Shown: piece by piece, positions 1 through 411 of the stretch | How positions within the stretch are numbered: the stretch's first letter is position 1 | Layout: each line of letters starts with the position of its first letter | Sequence record: OK076698.1 | Source: a phage | Strand: one strand, 5' to 3' | Length of the DNA: 411 nucleotides | Position numbers and translations under genes: made by a program | Notes under the pieces: model-generated | The model's input: only the letters and a program-made list of their open reading frames with translations | Told to the model about the DNA's origin: nothing | Database searches by the model: none

Positions 1-411
1 AGAGTGATAACATTGATGGTCTGCTGACTGCCGATGTGATGATTTTCGACATTGAAGACGCGATGAACCACTATGACGTGGCTGGCGAGTACTCCAACCA
101 GTTGGGTGAGGCTCTGGCTATCGCTGCTGATGGTGCGGTTCTGGCTGAAATGGCTCTCCTGTGTAACCTCCCGGCTGCATCCAACGAGAACATTGCCGGT
201 CTGGGCACTGCGTCAGTACTTGAAGTTGGTACTAAAGCAGACCTGAACACTCCGGCTAAGCTGGGTGAAGCAATCATCGGTCAACTGACCATTGCTCGCG
301 CGAAGCTGACCTCCAACTACGTTCCTGCTGGCGACCGTTACTTCTACACCACGCCGGACAACTACTCTGCAATCCTCGCGGCTCTGATGCCCAACGCCGC
401 AAACTACGCGA
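1..411 (+). CDS. 10: Major capsid protein of a T7-like phage (T7 gp10A homolog, HK97-fold), internal fragment truncated at both ends; reading frame 3, complete codons span nt 3-410
   Basis: Seen in sequence: frame 3 is open across the whole window (136 sense codons), while frames 1 and 2 hit stops almost immediately (tga at 25-27 and 5-7). The translation contains blocks I recognise from T7 gp10A from memory: IDGLLTADV, YDIEDAMNHYDV, AADGAVLAE, NYVPA.DR.FY and SAILAALMPNAANYA. The segment corresponds roughly to T7 gp10A residues ~95-230 (approximate, from memory). Codon choice is strongly biased (ctg, ggt, gct, ccg, aac, tac, ttc, atc). Overall identity to T7 is about 70% by eye, not computed. 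Confidence 0.93.

Noticed and set aside
66-76. 'aaccactatga', a partial resemblance to the CACTATA core of T7-class phage promoters
   Set aside because: Only about six bases match and the upstream part of the 23-bp T7 promoter consensus (TAATACGACT) is absent. It sits inside the coding sequence, where it simply encodes Asn-His-Tyr-Asp. Chance match.
108-160. Recurring short motifs (gctctggct, ggttctggctg, gctctcctg) that look like direct repeats
   Set aside because: They are the consequence of repeated Ala-Leu-Ala, Val-Leu-Ala and similar codon runs with biased codons (gct, ctg). They are too short and imperfect to be repeat elements or a CRISPR array.
71-277. Minus-strand 68-aa ORF from the six-frame track (MIASPSLAGVFRSALVPTSS...)
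   Set aside because: It lies entirely antisense to a continuous, strongly codon-biased + strand capsid reading frame. Its product is low-complexity and Ala/Ser/Pro/Arg-rich, as expected from reading biased codons in reverse. It has no recognisable homology and no obvious ribosome-binding context, so it is almost certainly an artefact.
1-411. The gene 10A/10B programmed -1 frameshift site known from T7
   Set aside because: In T7 the frameshift is near the 3' end of gene 10, downstream of the region homologous to this window. No slippery heptamer plus downstream structure is evident here, and the window ends well before that region.
1-411. The suggestion that the window holds a previously undescribed biological system
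   Set aside because: The window is fully explained by a single, well-characterised phage structural gene. There is no intergenic space, no second ORF and no unexplained structure to support a novel defence or other system.

Overview
The whole 411-bp window lies inside a single + strand coding region (reading frame 3, first full codon at nt 3-5, no stop codon through nt 410) and is truncated at both ends. The translation (SDNIDGLLTADVMIFDIEDAMNHYDVAGEYSNQLGEALAIAADGAVLAEMALLCNLPAASNENIAGLGTASVLEVGTKADLNTPAKLGEAIIGQLTIARAKLTSNYVPAGDRYFYTTPDNYSAILAALMPNAANYA) is an internal fragment of a T7-like (Autographiviridae) major capsid protein, homologous to T7 gene 10 but clearly diverged from T7 itself. 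Codon usage is strongly biased toward enterobacterial high-expression codons, as expected for a late structural gene. The supplied minus-strand ORF (71..277) is an antisense artefact. I see no RNA gene, repeat array, mobile element, promoter or terminator, and nothing supporting a novel system here: this is a well-known phage structural gene. The only mildly interesting points are the uneven conservation along the fragment and the link to capsid-sensing host defences.
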